This document shows positions 9,635-21,000 of a stretch of DNA of 59,381 bases, piece after piece. Made by a program: the position numbers and the translations under genes. Where the stretch lies: the IMG/VR virus record IMGVR_UViG_3300037603_000091, positions 1-59,381 of that record; one strand, 5' to 3'. The number at the start of each line of letters is the position of its first letter. Position 1 is the stretch's first letter. The notes below the pieces were generated by a model. That model did no database searches. It saw nothing but the letters and a program-made list of their open reading frames with translations, and had not been told where the DNA came from. This DNA comes from a virus. Taxonomy: Duplodnaviria > Caudoviricetes.

Positions 9635-9881
9635 ACTCTTCTAGCGTCGTCTGGAACGAGAGGATTGACTGCTGCGCCGCGTCGAGCGTCTCCGACTGGA
9701 GCGCGAGCCCCGCTTTGAGCTCTTCGACCTGGACTTCGAGGACTTCCCTGGCATTGATGGCATCCTTGTAGTTGAAATACAGTCTGCCAAGCGTACCCGC
9801 AATCGCGACAATCGCCAAGCCCCCAGCTATTGTGCGCCAGTTTGCCACTGCACCCCAGAAGATCTTTCCAATCATCATCAT
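9375..9881 (-). CDS. i-spanin (Rz-like)
   Basis: N-terminal TM helix followed by coiled coil, downstream of holin/endolysin. Confidence 0.7.
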   Translation of the reverse strand: MMMIGKIFWGAVANWRTIAGGLAIVAIAGTLGRLYFNYKDAINAREVLEVQVEELKAGLALQSETLDAAQQSILSFQTTLEEFGDDVATLQTRAAANRARVSRLAEELDAVDLNALAASDPAAAGTAASSIVNELGSLLECATSGGGQDCPDRTSRAQEATASSSGSD

Positions 9882-10129
9882 CTTGATGCCTGTCCTCCAC
9901 CAGCTGTGTTGATGTGCTGCCATGTTGCTCCGAACACATAGGAGCCCAGGGAGGCGCCAATCGTCAGGAAGGCTGAGGAGATGGCCGTGCGGGCTGTCTC
10001 TGTGTCGTTTCCGGACCAGAGGACGTATGCGATGACGGCCATGCAGAAGCCGACAATCACAATCATGAACCTGCGTCGATGGCGAAACAGATCCTTCTGT
10101 GTGACGATGTCAGTCTGGGAGGAGCTCAT
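9878..10129 (-). CDS. Putative holin (2 TM)
   Basis: RRRFMIVIVGFCMAVIAYVLW and second hydrophobic helix ending SYVFGA; follows endolysin. Confidence 0.65.
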   Translation of the reverse strand: MSSSQTDIVTQKDLFRHRRRFMIVIVGFCMAVIAYVLWSGNDTETARTAISSAFLTIGASLGSYVFGATWQHINTAGGGQASR

Positions 10130-10589
10130 AGTGTGGTCCGTCCGGGAAGGCTCGCTTGCCCTCCTCCAGCTTGCGTTGAACATAGTCGGCCTGGGCCTGT
10201 CTCAGGGACTGGTTGAGGCCGTTGATCTTGATCCATGCACCACCCCACCGGATGGGGACATCAAGCTCCTCTGCGGCGATCTGCATGGCGTCTGCGATGT
10301 CGTATATGGGCTCCCACTCCCAGCGCGGTTGGCCATCGATCCACGGCACGAGGTCCACGGCGTGGCCGAAGCCGTCCGACTGCTTCTGATGCTTGGAGAT
10401 CTTGTGATATCCGTCCAGCTGGCTCGCCTTCTTTCGGAACAGGCGGTTCTGTCGCCGCGCTGATCGAACGCCCTCGAAGACTGTGAAGTCGCTGTCAGTG
10501 AGGACGATGGCTCGCTTGACGACAGCCACCATTCGTGGGTGAACGCCCATGAGGCGCATCTTCGATCGGGCTCCCAGTCTGTATCCCAT
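10110..10589 (-). CDS. Endolysin, M15 family L-Ala-D-Glu peptidase
   Basis: EGVRS..RQ, SKH...GHAVD, RWGGAW, DGPHYEL. Confidence 0.9.
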   Translation of the reverse strand: MGYRLGARSKMRLMGVHPRMVAVVKRAIVLTDSDFTVFEGVRSARRQNRLFRKKASQLDGYHKISKHQKQSDGFGHAVDLVPWIDGQPRWEWEPIYDIADAMQIAAEELDVPIRWGGAWIKINGLNQSLRQAQADYVQRKLEEGKRAFPDGPHYELLPD

Positions 10590-10598
10590 CTTGTTCTC

Positions 10599-10814
10599 CT
10601 AGTTCACAATCGTTATGACAGGCTGGGGTGGTGTCGAGGGTGCAACCCCACCCTCTTTCAATACTACGTACACTGACACCTTGGAAAGGTTCGCCTTTGC
10701 GGCAGTTGCAGCGTCCAGCATGACAGCATAGGCGCTGGCTTTTGAGACGTTCGCCTGATCAGCTGTTGGCTGCTTCAGAACTGCATAGGCGCTGGCTTTT
10801 GAGACGTCGGACAT
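10599..10814 (-). CDS. Small tail-associated protein with three internal VSKASAYAV-like repeats
   Basis: Repeat visible in protein; 25-bp DNA repeat 10726..10750 / 10783..10807. Confidence 0.7.
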   Translation of the reverse strand: MSDVSKASAYAVLKQPTADQANVSKASAYAVMLDAATAAKANLSKVSVYVVLKEGGVAPSTPPQPVITIVN

Positions 10815-10820
10815 GGCTCT

Positions 10821-11840
10821 CTACGCCGCCGAGACCAGCAGCAGCTCCATTCCGTTGATGTCTGCGATTGTCCACTCGAGTGCCGTGGCCAGGTTGGTCT
10901 CGTACACCTCGTAGTGTCGGCCGAAGCCCGCTCCAAGCGTCTGTGCAGCGTTCAGAACGTCTCCAGAGCCCGTTTTGAGGCCCATCTGCACCCCTGTTGG
11001 GCCACCACCTGAGTTGCGTCCTCTGGCGCCCACGCACACGGCGAGGGGTGTCAGCCCCTGGGCTGTTGCTGTGAGGTCGCCCAGAGTGAAGGCGGCGCGC
11101 TGGCCCGCAGTGTCTGAAGCAAGGACTGCAAGGTCATCCAGAGTGACTGCATTGATGTCTGTGACCGCACCGCCGGACCACGTGTTCTCGGTTCCTGCTC
11201 CTGTGATCTCGAGAGTGGCAACTCGCATCTCAGTTGTCTGCTCGTCCGCCACTATCAACTCACGGAATCCCTGACCGTTGGTGGTCTCGTTGCCACCAGG
11301 TCTCACGCTGGTGAACAGAAGCGCGCCAAGTCCGGCAATGCTGCTGTCGATATTGCCAGAGTAGTTGGCGATTGAGATCTTGTCGAAGAACACGTCAATC
11401 GTGCCAGTTCCATCACCGTTTATTACGAGGTGCACGTCCACCTGCATCTCGCTGTCGGATGGGAGTCCAAAGGAAACGCCCTGGTTCACGTATGATCCTG
11501 AGACGTTGACCTCGAACTCCAGTGATCCATTTTCCTGATCAAAGCGGAAGATGCCCAGATCGTTGACCTCGTCTCGACACTCGAAGAACTGTCTGTCAGT
11601 CGAGGAGCCCAGGGGAGGGAAAGTTGTTACAAAGTGGATCCACACGTCGGTGGGCTGTGCGCCATCAAGGACGGCCACCGCGCCGTTGCGAGGGTTTGTG
11701 ACTCCGTCGCTGCTCGTTCCTGACAACACCAGGATCTGAGCGCGCTGAAAGTCGGCATCGTTCTCGGTTGCGGAGCTGTCAACTGTGCCACCGATGGTGG
11801 TGAAGGACTCGAACTCGTTCGCAGCAAACAGGATTGTCAT
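10821..11840 (-). CDS. Tail-associated beta-rich protein (putative receptor-binding)
   Basis: Position after tail tip genes; beta-strand-rich acidic composition. Confidence 0.6.
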   Translation of the reverse strand: MTILFAANEFESFTTIGGTVDSSATENDADFQRAQILVLSGTSSDGVTNPRNGAVAVLDGAQPTDVWIHFVTTFPPLGSSTDRQFFECRDEVNDLGIFRFDQENGSLEFEVNVSGSYVNQGVSFGLPSDSEMQVDVHLVINGDGTGTIDVFFDKISIANYSGNIDSSIAGLGALLFTSVRPGGNETTNGQGFRELIVADEQTTEMRVATLEITGAGTENTWSGGAVTDINAVTLDDLAVLASDTAGQRAAFTLGDLTATAQGLTPLAVCVGARGRNSGGGPTGVQMGLKTGSGDVLNAAQTLGAGFGRHYEVYETNLATALEWTIADINGMELLLVSAA

Positions 11841-12577
11841 GGCTTGGTTCCCTGCAGTGTGATTGTGATGTCGGCAAGAGTTGCGTCAGGCGCGGCAGGG
11901 GCCACCACCTCGAATGTGTCGCCGATGGCAAAGTTCTGCCCGGATGCGACCGTGAATGTTCCCGTGGTCGCTCCGATTGCGAAGTTGAGTGTTCCGATTG
12001 ATGCACCATTCTTCTGAAGATCGAAGTCTGTGGATGCAGTGGCTGCAACTCCTGAGACGGCCAGAGAGCCAGCAAGATTCACAGATGTGTCAACGGCCTG
12101 TGCAAACAGGAGCCTTGAGAGAACCTGACTCGCAACAGGCACACCAGGAAGATACAGACCATAGTCTGCAAGTGAGGAGCCACCTCCCCCACCAGAAGAT
12201 CCGCCACCATAGGACTTAACGTCTGTGGCATCAGAGTGTAGGAGAAGCTGCTCGCCATCTGCAACATCAACTGATGCACCGCCACCGCCAGTGACCTGGA
12301 CCGTGGCCGTCTGTCCGGACTGATTGTCAACTGCGAAGAGGCGCTCGTTGGCTGGCACCTCAAGATTGTAGGCTCCAGCTGGAGCACCTGTGAGGGCGAG
12401 AACAACCGCGCGGTTGAACACGGCTGCTGCCACGGCAATGGTTCCTCCAGCAGCCGTGTCTACGTCCGAGCTTGCATTGCCTGCATTGTCAAGGGCGACG
12501 ATGGCCTCGTTGATTGTCACAACCTTGTTGGACTGTGACTCTAGAACCTCTGTTATGCCAAGATTCGGTGTTGCCAT
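11837..12577 (-). CDS. Tail fibre/adaptor, DUF2793-like N-terminus
   Basis: MATPNLGI...SQSNKVVTINEAIVALD resembles GTA-type fibre attachment domain. Confidence 0.65.
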   Translation of the reverse strand: MATPNLGITEVLESQSNKVVTINEAIVALDNAGNASSDVDTAAGGTIAVAAAVFNRAVVLALTGAPAGAYNLEVPANERLFAVDNQSGQTATVQVTGGGGASVDVADGEQLLLHSDATDVKSYGGGSSGGGGGSSLADYGLYLPGVPVASQVLSRLLFAQAVDTSVNLAGSLAVSGVAATASTDFDLQKNGASIGTLNFAIGATTGTFTVASGQNFAIGDTFEVVAPAAPDATLADITITLQGTKP

Positions 12578-12578
12578 T

Positions 12579-15500
12579 CTATGTCGTCTCCAAGGTCACA
12601 TCACCGGGGAAGCCCCGGCCCACGACCGCACTGATCTGATAAACTACTACACTCAACTGCGCTGGAAGGCTACCGAAGTCAGTCGCGATATCGGCAGCTG
12701 CGTAGTTGACGGTCTCCGTGGCCGATGCGAGCGTTCTGAGCACAGTCCCTCCTGGGCCGTCCAGAATGTCAACCTCGTAGGACTCTGACTGCTCGCTGAG
12801 CGGAACGTCACCAGAGAGCAGGAAGTCGTCCTCCCCACCAATCCGCGTTCGGCGCACCCAAGAGAGGTCAAGCCCAGAGGCACCGTCGTCAGCAAGCGCG
12901 ATGTGCACGGGAGAGTAAGGCTTGAGATCTCGGCCCGTGTCAGTGTAGCTCACGTCCTCCGCGTCCTCATAGAGCTGTCCAATTGTGACAGGACGATATG
13001 TCTGGGTGGAGTTGATGATGGATACAGCCTCGCTGAAGATGTCTGTCACAGTTGCATCCAGAAGATAGACTGCGTCCCCAACCTGATGCCCAGAGGCGAG
13101 GGCGTCGGTTCCTCGTCGACCGCGCAGCAGACGTGAGACCTCCACAGTGTCTGTGTCCACGATTGTTGCGTTGGCGAACTGGAGATACTCGATGTTGCCA
13201 TCTCGCACGATTGCGAGCAGGTTGCGACCAGCCAGAACATCGTCGTCATCAACTGACTCGAACGAGTCAATGCCCTGTGTCACTGTGATCTGGAAGCTCT
13301 CTTCCACGAAGCGATTGACAGTCTCGTCCATGTCCGTGGGCGCGGTCTCCAACACACCGTGTGCAGCACCCTGCAGCTGCTTGCCAACCTCGCTCACGGT
13401 CGACGAGCCAGTCTGTCGGAACAGGATTACACCGGGCCATGTGGGTTGTCCATTGGATGCCCAGTACGTGACGGTCTGCTCCTGGCCAGCACTGTCCTGA
13501 TCTCGAAGCAGTGGACCGTCGATGATGAACACCAGGGAGTCGCCCGTGTTGGGGATGTTCGCCTGGAAGTGGTTGTCAGATCCAGCGCCTGTGATCTCAG
13601 ACAGATAGAGCCCCGTTGTCTCAACGACCTGCTCCATCTCGATGTTGAAGTTGGCACCGATGTCTGCACGGCGCATGCGACCCTCAATGGTGTCACCGTT
13701 GTCAAGATTCAGAGTTATGACGTCTCCAGCATCTAGATGCAGGTATCTCTGAGGCAGTCTGGAGCGAACACGCTCTCGCTCGGCCCATGCTGCATACAGC
13801 TTCACCTGTGCCGATTGTCGAGGAAGGTCAGGGTCGCAGGCGCCATTGTACGCAAAGCTGTCAACTGTCTGAGAAAACTGCGTCACAGATGATCTCTCGT
13901 CCGCTTGGACCGACTCCTGGTAGTCGAGATCGATGTCTCGGTAGCCAACCTCGAACCGTCGAGGCAGCTCGTCCTCCTCGATGAAGGCTCTGAGATATGG
14001 CTCGCCCTCGTTGTCCTGCGTGGGAACCAGATCTGCCTCTGGAATTGTCTGGGCGCTGGCACCACCACGCGGGAAGAACTTCAGAACAAAGTCGCTCTCC
14101 ACCACCTCGATCTCAAGCAGGTCAAGGAGTGGGCCGACGGCGTCAGCAGCCGTTCCTCTCTCAGTGACAATCAGGGATCTCAGGCCAGCCTTCGAGGTTG
14201 GCACCTGGGAGACATCTATGTCGCTCTCTGACAGCCCAGACCGGAGACACATCTGACGCACGACGCTCTGTGGGTCCATGTCCGATCCACCCTCAGCGCC
14301 GAAGGCGAGAGTGTATTGGAAGTATCCCGTTGGACCAAGTCCAGGGTTGGAGTTTGCCAGATAGAAGCTGTCGCTTGGCCCGTGCCAGAATATTGATGTG
14401 AAGTTGTTGATTGAGAAGCTCAGAACTTCTGGATTGCTGTCCGAGCCATCAAACACCGTGCTGCCATCATAGAGGTCATCAACCTCCCCAGTGGTCAGAT
14501 TTATTGATATCACCCTCTGAGACCTGGCCCAGGCCCACGTGCCTCCATCCAGCACAAGGCCACCTGCCACATTTGGCTGGGGAAGGAATGCCAGGTTCTG
14601 TGAGATCCATGATGTCACGTTGTTGGTCGACCATCTCCACATGAAGTTGCCTGTGTCCGTGGCGATGGCCATGATCAGACTCTTAAGGGTCGTGTCGTAG
14701 TGAAGCTGCATGCTGAACGTTGACAGGTCAAAGTTCACAGCTGAAGCATCGATCTCACTCGGCAGGAATGTTCGGGCCAGAACAACTCCGCCAGAGGTTG
14801 CCCTGTAGAGCTTGATCTGCGTGGCAGAGTAGATGGCCACGAAGGCCTCCCCTGTGTCCCCAGAGACAGGGTTGGTCACATCCTCGCCAGCCACCGTGAG
14901 AATGTCAGCAAGAAGCGGCGCGTTTGGTGTTGAGCCAGATGGTGCCGTGGTGAAGTTGAGAAGCTCAAAGCCCTCATCCGAGAAGACATCATTCAGCTTT
15001 CTCATCAGCCATATGTCCTGAGCGATGCCAGGAATGGGCGCGACCGCTGCCACCCTGCTGAGAGGTCTGGTGATCTTGATCTGCGACAGATCTACAGCAG
15101 ACCACTTGGCGATGTCTCGTCCGAGTGACGAGGTGGTTGGGGCGACAATCAAGTTGCCATCATTTGCAATTCCAACGAGAGCGTTGGAAACGCTCGGTGG
15201 ATCCAACTCTCCGAGCTTGAGCCCTGTGTTGGGATCAAATACCAACCAGTCTTCAGATGACGAGTTTGGGACACCAGCCCTGCCATAGGCTCTACCAGTG
15301 AGTCGGTCGAACAGCGTCACCCCACCAGCTCCTCCAGCATCTGTGAGGAGGGCATGGTCCTCTCTCTGAAGCGCTGCAACCACGTCGCCTGAGAACACCT
15401 CGAACGAGAATGCCGGAATCCGATTGCCAAAGTTGGCCAGCGGGAAGCGCTCGAAGACGATGTAGCAGATGCCGCGATAGGCGGGTGTGTTGTTGACCCC

Positions 15501-15911
15501 AACGCTCTCTTCGATCAGAGGATCAGGTAGCTGCGTCTCTGAACCAGTGTAGAGCCGGAACTGAAGGCCATCGATCTGCTCGCCATTGAATGCATCGAAC
15601 ACAATCTTGCCATCAGCCCAGATGCGAGACACAGACTCGATTGGTCCCTCGCAGATCAGAGCTGCCAGATCCACATAGTACAGGAATGTTGTCGTCGTGG
15701 TCTGCTGCTTGGGCGATCCCTTGCCACCCGTTGTCTGAGTCGTGGTCGACTTCTCTTCAACAATGTTGTTGGCCCAGATGATGTTGCCCAGGTAGCGATC
15801 CTGACCAAAGCCAAACGGGATCTCCTTGTCGTACTCAGACGAGGTGATTCCGAACTCGCTGGTCTTTCCCTGCGAGGTGCTGATCTTGGTTGTTGGAAGA
15901 AGAAAGCCCAC
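12579..15911 (-). CDS. Central tail tip / host-specificity protein (GTA-like)
   Basis: GNIIWA, CEGPI...RIWADGK, PAYRGICYIVFERFPLANFGNRIP, LLRGRRGT, WVRRTRIGG. Confidence 0.85.
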   Translation of the reverse strand: MGFLLPTTKISTSQGKTSEFGITSSEYDKEIPFGFGQDRYLGNIIWANNIVEEKSTTTQTTGGKGSPKQQTTTTTFLYYVDLAALICEGPIESVSRIWADGKIVFDAFNGEQIDGLQFRLYTGSETQLPDPLIEESVGVNNTPAYRGICYIVFERFPLANFGNRIPAFSFEVFSGDVVAALQREDHALLTDAGGAGGVTLFDRLTGRAYGRAGVPNSSSEDWLVFDPNTGLKLGELDPPSVSNALVGIANDGNLIVAPTTSSLGRDIAKWSAVDLSQIKITRPLSRVAAVAPIPGIAQDIWLMRKLNDVFSDEGFELLNFTTAPSGSTPNAPLLADILTVAGEDVTNPVSGDTGEAFVAIYSATQIKLYRATSGGVVLARTFLPSEIDASAVNFDLSTFSMQLHYDTTLKSLIMAIATDTGNFMWRWSTNNVTSWISQNLAFLPQPNVAGGLVLDGGTWAWARSQRVISINLTTGEVDDLYDGSTVFDGSDSNPEVLSFSINNFTSIFWHGPSDSFYLANSNPGLGPTGYFQYTLAFGAEGGSDMDPQSVVRQMCLRSGLSESDIDVSQVPTSKAGLRSLIVTERGTAADAVGPLLDLLEIEVVESDFVLKFFPRGGASAQTIPEADLVPTQDNEGEPYLRAFIEEDELPRRFEVGYRDIDLDYQESVQADERSSVTQFSQTVDSFAYNGACDPDLPRQSAQVKLYAAWAERERVRSRLPQRYLHLDAGDVITLNLDNGDTIEGRMRRADIGANFNIEMEQVVETTGLYLSEITGAGSDNHFQANIPNTGDSLVFIIDGPLLRDQDSAGQEQTVTYWASNGQPTWPGVILFRQTGSSTVSEVGKQLQGAAHGVLETAPTDMDETVNRFVEESFQITVTQGIDSFESVDDDDVLAGRNLLAIVRDGNIEYLQFANATIVDTDTVEVSRLLRGRRGTDALASGHQVGDAVYLLDATVTDIFSEAVSIINSTQTYRPVTIGQLYEDAEDVSYTDTGRDLKPYSPVHIALADDGASGLDLSWVRRTRIGGEDDFLLSGDVPLSEQSESYEVDILDGPGGTVLRTLASATETVNYAAADIATDFGSLPAQLSVVVYQISAVVGRGFPGDVTLETT

Positions 15912-16333
15912 TACGCACCTCCCTCAATCTTGGGGAAGCGCAGCACATGCGTGATGTCCGGCACCCAGACCGCGAGTGGCTCCTCAACCACCTTCCGGCG
16001 GAGGGCGTAGCCATGGATGTAGTGATCCTCGCCACGCTTCTGACTGAAGAAGCCACAGTGACATGGGAAGCCACTTGCTCGGGTGAGAATGACATCGCCA
16101 GGAAGTCTGTGTGTGAACGGCACGTCCACCATGCCAGCTGCTCGGAAGTACTCCACGAACTTGTCGCCAGATGTTCGTCTCGGATAGTTGTTGGGGTTGG
16201 TGTCCTGAAGCCCAAACTTGGAAGCGACGACAATGATCAGTCCGGCACAGTCGATGCCGTGCTCGTTGCGGCCCTGATGGCGCCATCGAGTGCCGATCCA
16301 GCGGCGAGCTTCTTCTACAACATCATTGCGCAT
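15911..16333 (-). CDS. NlpC/P60 tail peptidase
   Basis: ARRWIGTRWRHQGR...GIDCAGL, HCG, IHG. Confidence 0.9.
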   Translation of the reverse strand: MRNDVVEEARRWIGTRWRHQGRNEHGIDCAGLIIVVASKFGLQDTNPNNYPRRTSGDKFVEYFRAAGMVDVPFTHRLPGDVILTRASGFPCHCGFFSQKRGEDHYIHGYALRRKVVEEPLAVWVPDITHVLRFPKIEGGA

Positions 16334-17444
16334 CTGGATATGTCAGGACAAAGTCCCGCCCCGGTGTGTCAGGCTCACCTCTGAAGTTGAAGATGTTGCC
16401 GTTGGAAAATTCTATTGAGTTTGCCATCTGAAACTTGCTCACACAAGTTCCACGTATGCGGTCGCATCCAGGATGTATTGTGAACACGTTGCCAACTCCG
16501 ATGTCGAATGGCATGGGAAGAAACAGCGTGAGAGTGAGAGTGGCCTCGTCCCAGTCCTTGACCTCCATTGAGAGACCTGCGTTGGCACCGGACTCAAATG
16601 TGATCTGACCCTGATTGAACCAGTCGTCCACAGCTCTGGGCTCTGTCACGTTGAGAACCAGAGTTCTTCGATCAGAAGCGGAAATTACGGAGCCATGTCG
16701 CGTCCATGCCTCATGGGCCTTGAACATTGCGGTTCCATCGGTTGTGTCATCTCCCACAACGGTGCTGTACACGGGCTGACTGGCGTCAGTCTCTCCCGCA
16801 GCGACGCACTCGTACACCAGGTTGCCGTAGATCTCGCTGGTGGTCCCTGGAGCGACTGGAACACGCACAAACTGGCCCACCTCATACTCAGTGGAGCGCT
16901 GTATGACATCCGGCGACAGAGGAATCTTGCAGCGATTGTCGCCCAGGAGGGCTCGACAGGTCGGAGAGGTCTTCTCAACAAGGCGGCGCTGCAGAACTGT
17001 CTTGAGGGACTTGAGCTCAGTCTGGAAGCGACCTGATCCTGAGACTGTGACCTCGCCGAGCAGTCCACGCTTCAGGGCCAGAGCTCCCTGTGTGAGATCT
17101 CTGTAGTTGACCATGAAGATCTTGAGGTCTGCACCATCGTAGAGGCTGGCACGAACATCCTCCTTGGAGATGCCAGAGCTGTTCAGAAGACCGTTTATCT
17201 CAGCGGTGTCCACCTCGAAGCCTGTCTTGTTCTCAACCGCTGTTCTGTCAAATCCATCGACGGATGTGTAGCGTCCACCACCAATTGTGATTGAGCCCAC
17301 GGCGATGGGTGGGATTTCCAGTGCGACATCAAGCTCAGTGAGTCGGACCACCGTGCCATCCAGACGTGTGATCTCCCAGCAGGTTGTGAGGGTTGTGGCC
17401 TCTCCCTGGATGTGATCCAGGAGCGTGGTTGAGATCATCTTCAT
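16323..17444 (-). CDS. Baseplate hub (DUF2163/GTA-like)
   Basis: TTLTTCWEITRLDG, CRALLGDNRC, PGCD...C..KF.N, NFRGEP. Confidence 0.85.
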   Translation of the reverse strand: MKMISTTLLDHIQGEATTLTTCWEITRLDGTVVRLTELDVALEIPPIAVGSITIGGGRYTSVDGFDRTAVENKTGFEVDTAEINGLLNSSGISKEDVRASLYDGADLKIFMVNYRDLTQGALALKRGLLGEVTVSGSGRFQTELKSLKTVLQRRLVEKTSPTCRALLGDNRCKIPLSPDVIQRSTEYEVGQFVRVPVAPGTTSEIYGNLVYECVAAGETDASQPVYSTVVGDDTTDGTAMFKAHEAWTRHGSVISASDRRTLVLNVTEPRAVDDWFNQGQITFESGANAGLSMEVKDWDEATLTLTLFLPMPFDIGVGNVFTIHPGCDRIRGTCVSKFQMANSIEFSNGNIFNFRGEPDTPGRDFVLTYPDAQ

Positions 17445-18058
17445 GGATTCAGCTCGACAAGATCCTGTCTGAGCTCGACGATGTTGACATTTGGTATCGA
17501 GCCAGCGTCCACGTACTGAAGTGCCACTTCCAGATCATCCTCATCGAAGCGAACTGGAACATCGAACTCAAAAGATGCTGTCACCACCACACCAGCGCCT
17601 GGAGGGGAGCTGAACGTGACGACACCTGTGGCATGGTCGATGGTGAAGGCAGATGTCTCAACGCCGTCCAACTTCACAACAACAGTTCCCATCACGGGCT
17701 TTGTGATGGGTCGGTTGTAGACAAAGCCAGCAGGCTCATACTGCTTTCTGAGTTGGAACTGAGTGATTGTGCCATCGCCTGTCCCAAGGTTCTCATCCAC
17801 GGCGATGTAGTCCAGCCAGTCCTTGAAGCGAAACCCAAAGAGACGCCCGTTGCGAGCGAGGAAGAACTCCAGGAGAGCCTGATAGTCCTCCTGCTTGCGA
17901 ATACCATACCCGATGTTCCACTCGCCGCGCGACTGCTGCCAGTCACCGTTGCGCTGCTCGTGACCGGATGAGAGCACTGTGATGGTTGTCTTGAAGCGCG
18001 GACCGCCACGAGCGCCACGCTCGTAGTCGGGGTCAAGTCTCACGTTGTGAAATGTCAT
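17441..18058 (-). CDS. Distal tail protein (DUF2460/GTA-like)
   Basis: GGPRFKT...SGHEQRN, FFLARNGRLFGFRFKDWLDY, FEFDVPVRFD. Confidence 0.9.
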   Translation of the reverse strand: MTFHNVRLDPDYERGARGGPRFKTTITVLSSGHEQRNGDWQQSRGEWNIGYGIRKQEDYQALLEFFLARNGRLFGFRFKDWLDYIAVDENLGTGDGTITQFQLRKQYEPAGFVYNRPITKPVMGTVVVKLDGVETSAFTIDHATGVVTFSSPPGAGVVVTASFEFDVPVRFDEDDLEVALQYVDAGSIPNVNIVELRQDLVELNP

Positions 18059-18061
18059 TGT

Positions 18062-21000
18062 CTACGCGCTTTCTTGTCTGGTTCTAGCATCCCTGTCTAG
18101 CTGACGACGACTCTTGCGGAAACTCTCAACATCAGTTCCAGGTGGGAAGTTGAAATTGTTGATGGTGGTTCCACCAACGCGCTCGCCACGGTTCATCGCT
18201 GCCACGACACCAGGATTCATGTTGTTCCCTCGGGCATTGACGACGCCCTCATCGCGAGAGAGTCTTGCCAGAATGCTGTCGGAGCGACTTGTCCCTGGGC
18301 CAATGATGCGGTCGATGCCGTCCTGGAAGCCGGGAACTGCGGACAGGGCATTCGTCAGCGCGAACGTGGATGCGATGCCTGCGGCAGCCGGAGCTGCGTT
18401 GGCGCCTGCTGTGGCGAGAGATGCTGCGGCAGCAGCGGGAGCCCAGGCAGATGACAGAATGCCAGCCTGGGTCGCTGAGAATGCCGTGGCAGCAGAGCCG
18501 AGCGTGGCACCAAGGATCTGGTTTGCCACGAACTGAATGCCAAGCTGGATCAGTGAGCTTATGAGCTGCGAGATCGCGTCCCGAGCAACAGCCTTGAGAG
18601 ACTCTCCCAGGTTGTCAATGTCGAACACCGCCGCACCAATGGTGTCTGCGAAGCCCTTGCCAATGGTGTCAAAGAAGTTTCCGAAGATGCGACCCGACTC
18701 AGCTGTGAAGGATCTGATTCCTCCGGACATGCGCTCCAGAGATGACAGGAAGCCATCAGCAAATGTGCCGTCGCCGGACTGGATGCGGAACTGTCTCTGC
18801 TGCTCATTGACATCCCGAAGGACGAAGCCATACTGCTCGGAGCTGATTGCTCCCTCCTGGAAGAGCTGGTTGGCAGCTGAGAGCTGTCTATTGACCTCCT
18901 CCTGAGGATTGCGGAACTGATTGACAATCTCCTCACGTGCCTGGAGAACTCGGATCTCCTCGCGGAGTCCTGTGACACGGTCACGCTGCTCCTCGTTGAG
19001 TCTTGACAGGCGATTGATCTCGTCTTCTGACAGCTCCAGATCAGAGCGGCGGAGCTGCTGGCGAAGCTGAGCCTCAACCTGCAGGATCTGATTGAGGTCA
19101 TCTCTCTCCTCGCCCTGAACACGAAGGATGTTTGCCTCTGCCTCAAGATCTCGGATGGTCTGCCCAATCAGAGCGCCACGAGCCTCATCGAACTGCTGTC
19201 TCTGGGCCTCGATGGCGTTGCCACGAATCAGAGCGTCAAGCCTCTCTCGCTCAGCAGCAGTGAGGCGGGACTGTCCGTCGATCTGGGCCTGTGTCAGGCC
19301 GAGCGACTCGTTGCTGAGTGCGTTGCGCAGGCTGTCCTCAGCCGAGAGCTGAGCCAGGAACACGTCTCTGTCCAGTCCTGTGCGCTGGAGTGCATCTGAC
19401 TCCCGCTCAAGGGCTGTGACCACCTCGCCGATTGCCTCGGCACGAGCAAGCGCAGCACTTGCGTCGGAACCTGATCCAGAGGTCCCTCCAGTCCCTCCAG
19501 GCGCGATTGTTGGAACATTGGCGGCAGCTGCGGCTGCAGCGCTGTCTCGCGTTGCTGCACGAGCCTCTGCATCGCTCAGCAGACCAGCGGCAAATCGCTG
19601 TCCAGCCCCATCTTGGATGGCAGCTTCAAACTCCTGTGTGAATGCCTCGCCTGAGGTGCGCCCTGCGTCAGAAAATCTTGGCTGGAACCGAAGTCCGAAG
19701 TCTGCAACAACGGATGCGTCAACCTCTTGGAAGGTTATGCGCCTTCCGATGACGTTGAGTCCTGTGACAAAGTTCTCGGCGAGACCCACGGCCTGATTGA
19801 GAGTGTCTGACACAATCCTGCCAAGTCGGTTCACACTGTTGATGACAAATGTCTCAATCGCAGCAAATGTTGCTCGGAAGTTGGCAAAGATGATGTCAAG
19901 TCCGCGTCCGAAGTTGACAACAAGCTCCGCCAGGGAGAGGTTGCCAAGATCAACCTGGAAGCCAGTCAGGAGGTTGCCCAGGAAGGAGAAGGTGCTTCCA
20001 GCAAAGTTGGCGATGCGTCCGAGAACCACGTTTATGAGGTCAAGCGCCGTTGCTGAGCTCTCCGCTGAGAGACGGATGCGATCAGAGAACGCAACGAACA
20101 CACCAACAGCTGCTGTGACGGCTGCAGCGAAGGCGGTTATGGGATTGGTTGCGAATGCCAGAGCTGTTGAGGTTGCGAAGCCGCGAATGGCGTTCACGGC
20201 CACGGGAATCAGTCTTGATGCAAGCGTGACACCAATGAACGTTCCGAACACTGTCAGAACTCGGAAGACCTCGTCAATGTTGTCGGCCAGGAAGCGGATC
20301 GCGGGGACAGCTGCCTGCAGGATGACGCCAACGAACTCCTCGAAGCTCGTGTTGATGTTTGCAACAAGTCTGTCAATCTGGAAGCCAGGAGAGTTGGCAA
20401 TCTTGTTGAAGGCCTCCTCGGTCGTGCCAGCTGCGTCTTCAAGATCACGCAGGATCTCTGTGAAGTCCTCGCCCGCTGCACCTGTGAGTGCCAGAATTGG
20501 CACGAGGGCCTCGACGCCACCGAAGAGCTGAGCCAGCTCCTCTGTGTTGCCGTCTGTGGCTGTGATGAGATTGTTGAGGAATGTCTCAAGTCCCTGGGAC
20601 TCAAGTGCTGCAGCGTTGAACTGGATCCCGAGCCGCTCGGCTGCCTCCTGGGCCTCCTGGGTGGGCTTGACGACAGATGCCAGAACTCCACGAACGCCAG
20701 TCACGGCCTCTCGAGTGGAGATGCCACCCTTGGTCAGGGCTGCAACAGAAGCAACGAGCTCGTCGAAAGAGACACCTGCGGTTGCGGCAAGAGGTGCCAC
20801 GCGGCCCAGAGAACCGGCCAGCTCGTCCACTGTGGTCTTGCCTGCTCGAACGCCCACGAAGAGGGCATCAGAGACAGCGGTTGCGGACTCAACAGCGTCG
20901 CCATACGCATTGAGGACAGATGTCAGGCCGTCTGCAGCAGTCTCAACGTCTGTGACACCAGCAACGGCCAGGGTGTTGGCAGCATCAAGTGTCTCAAGCG

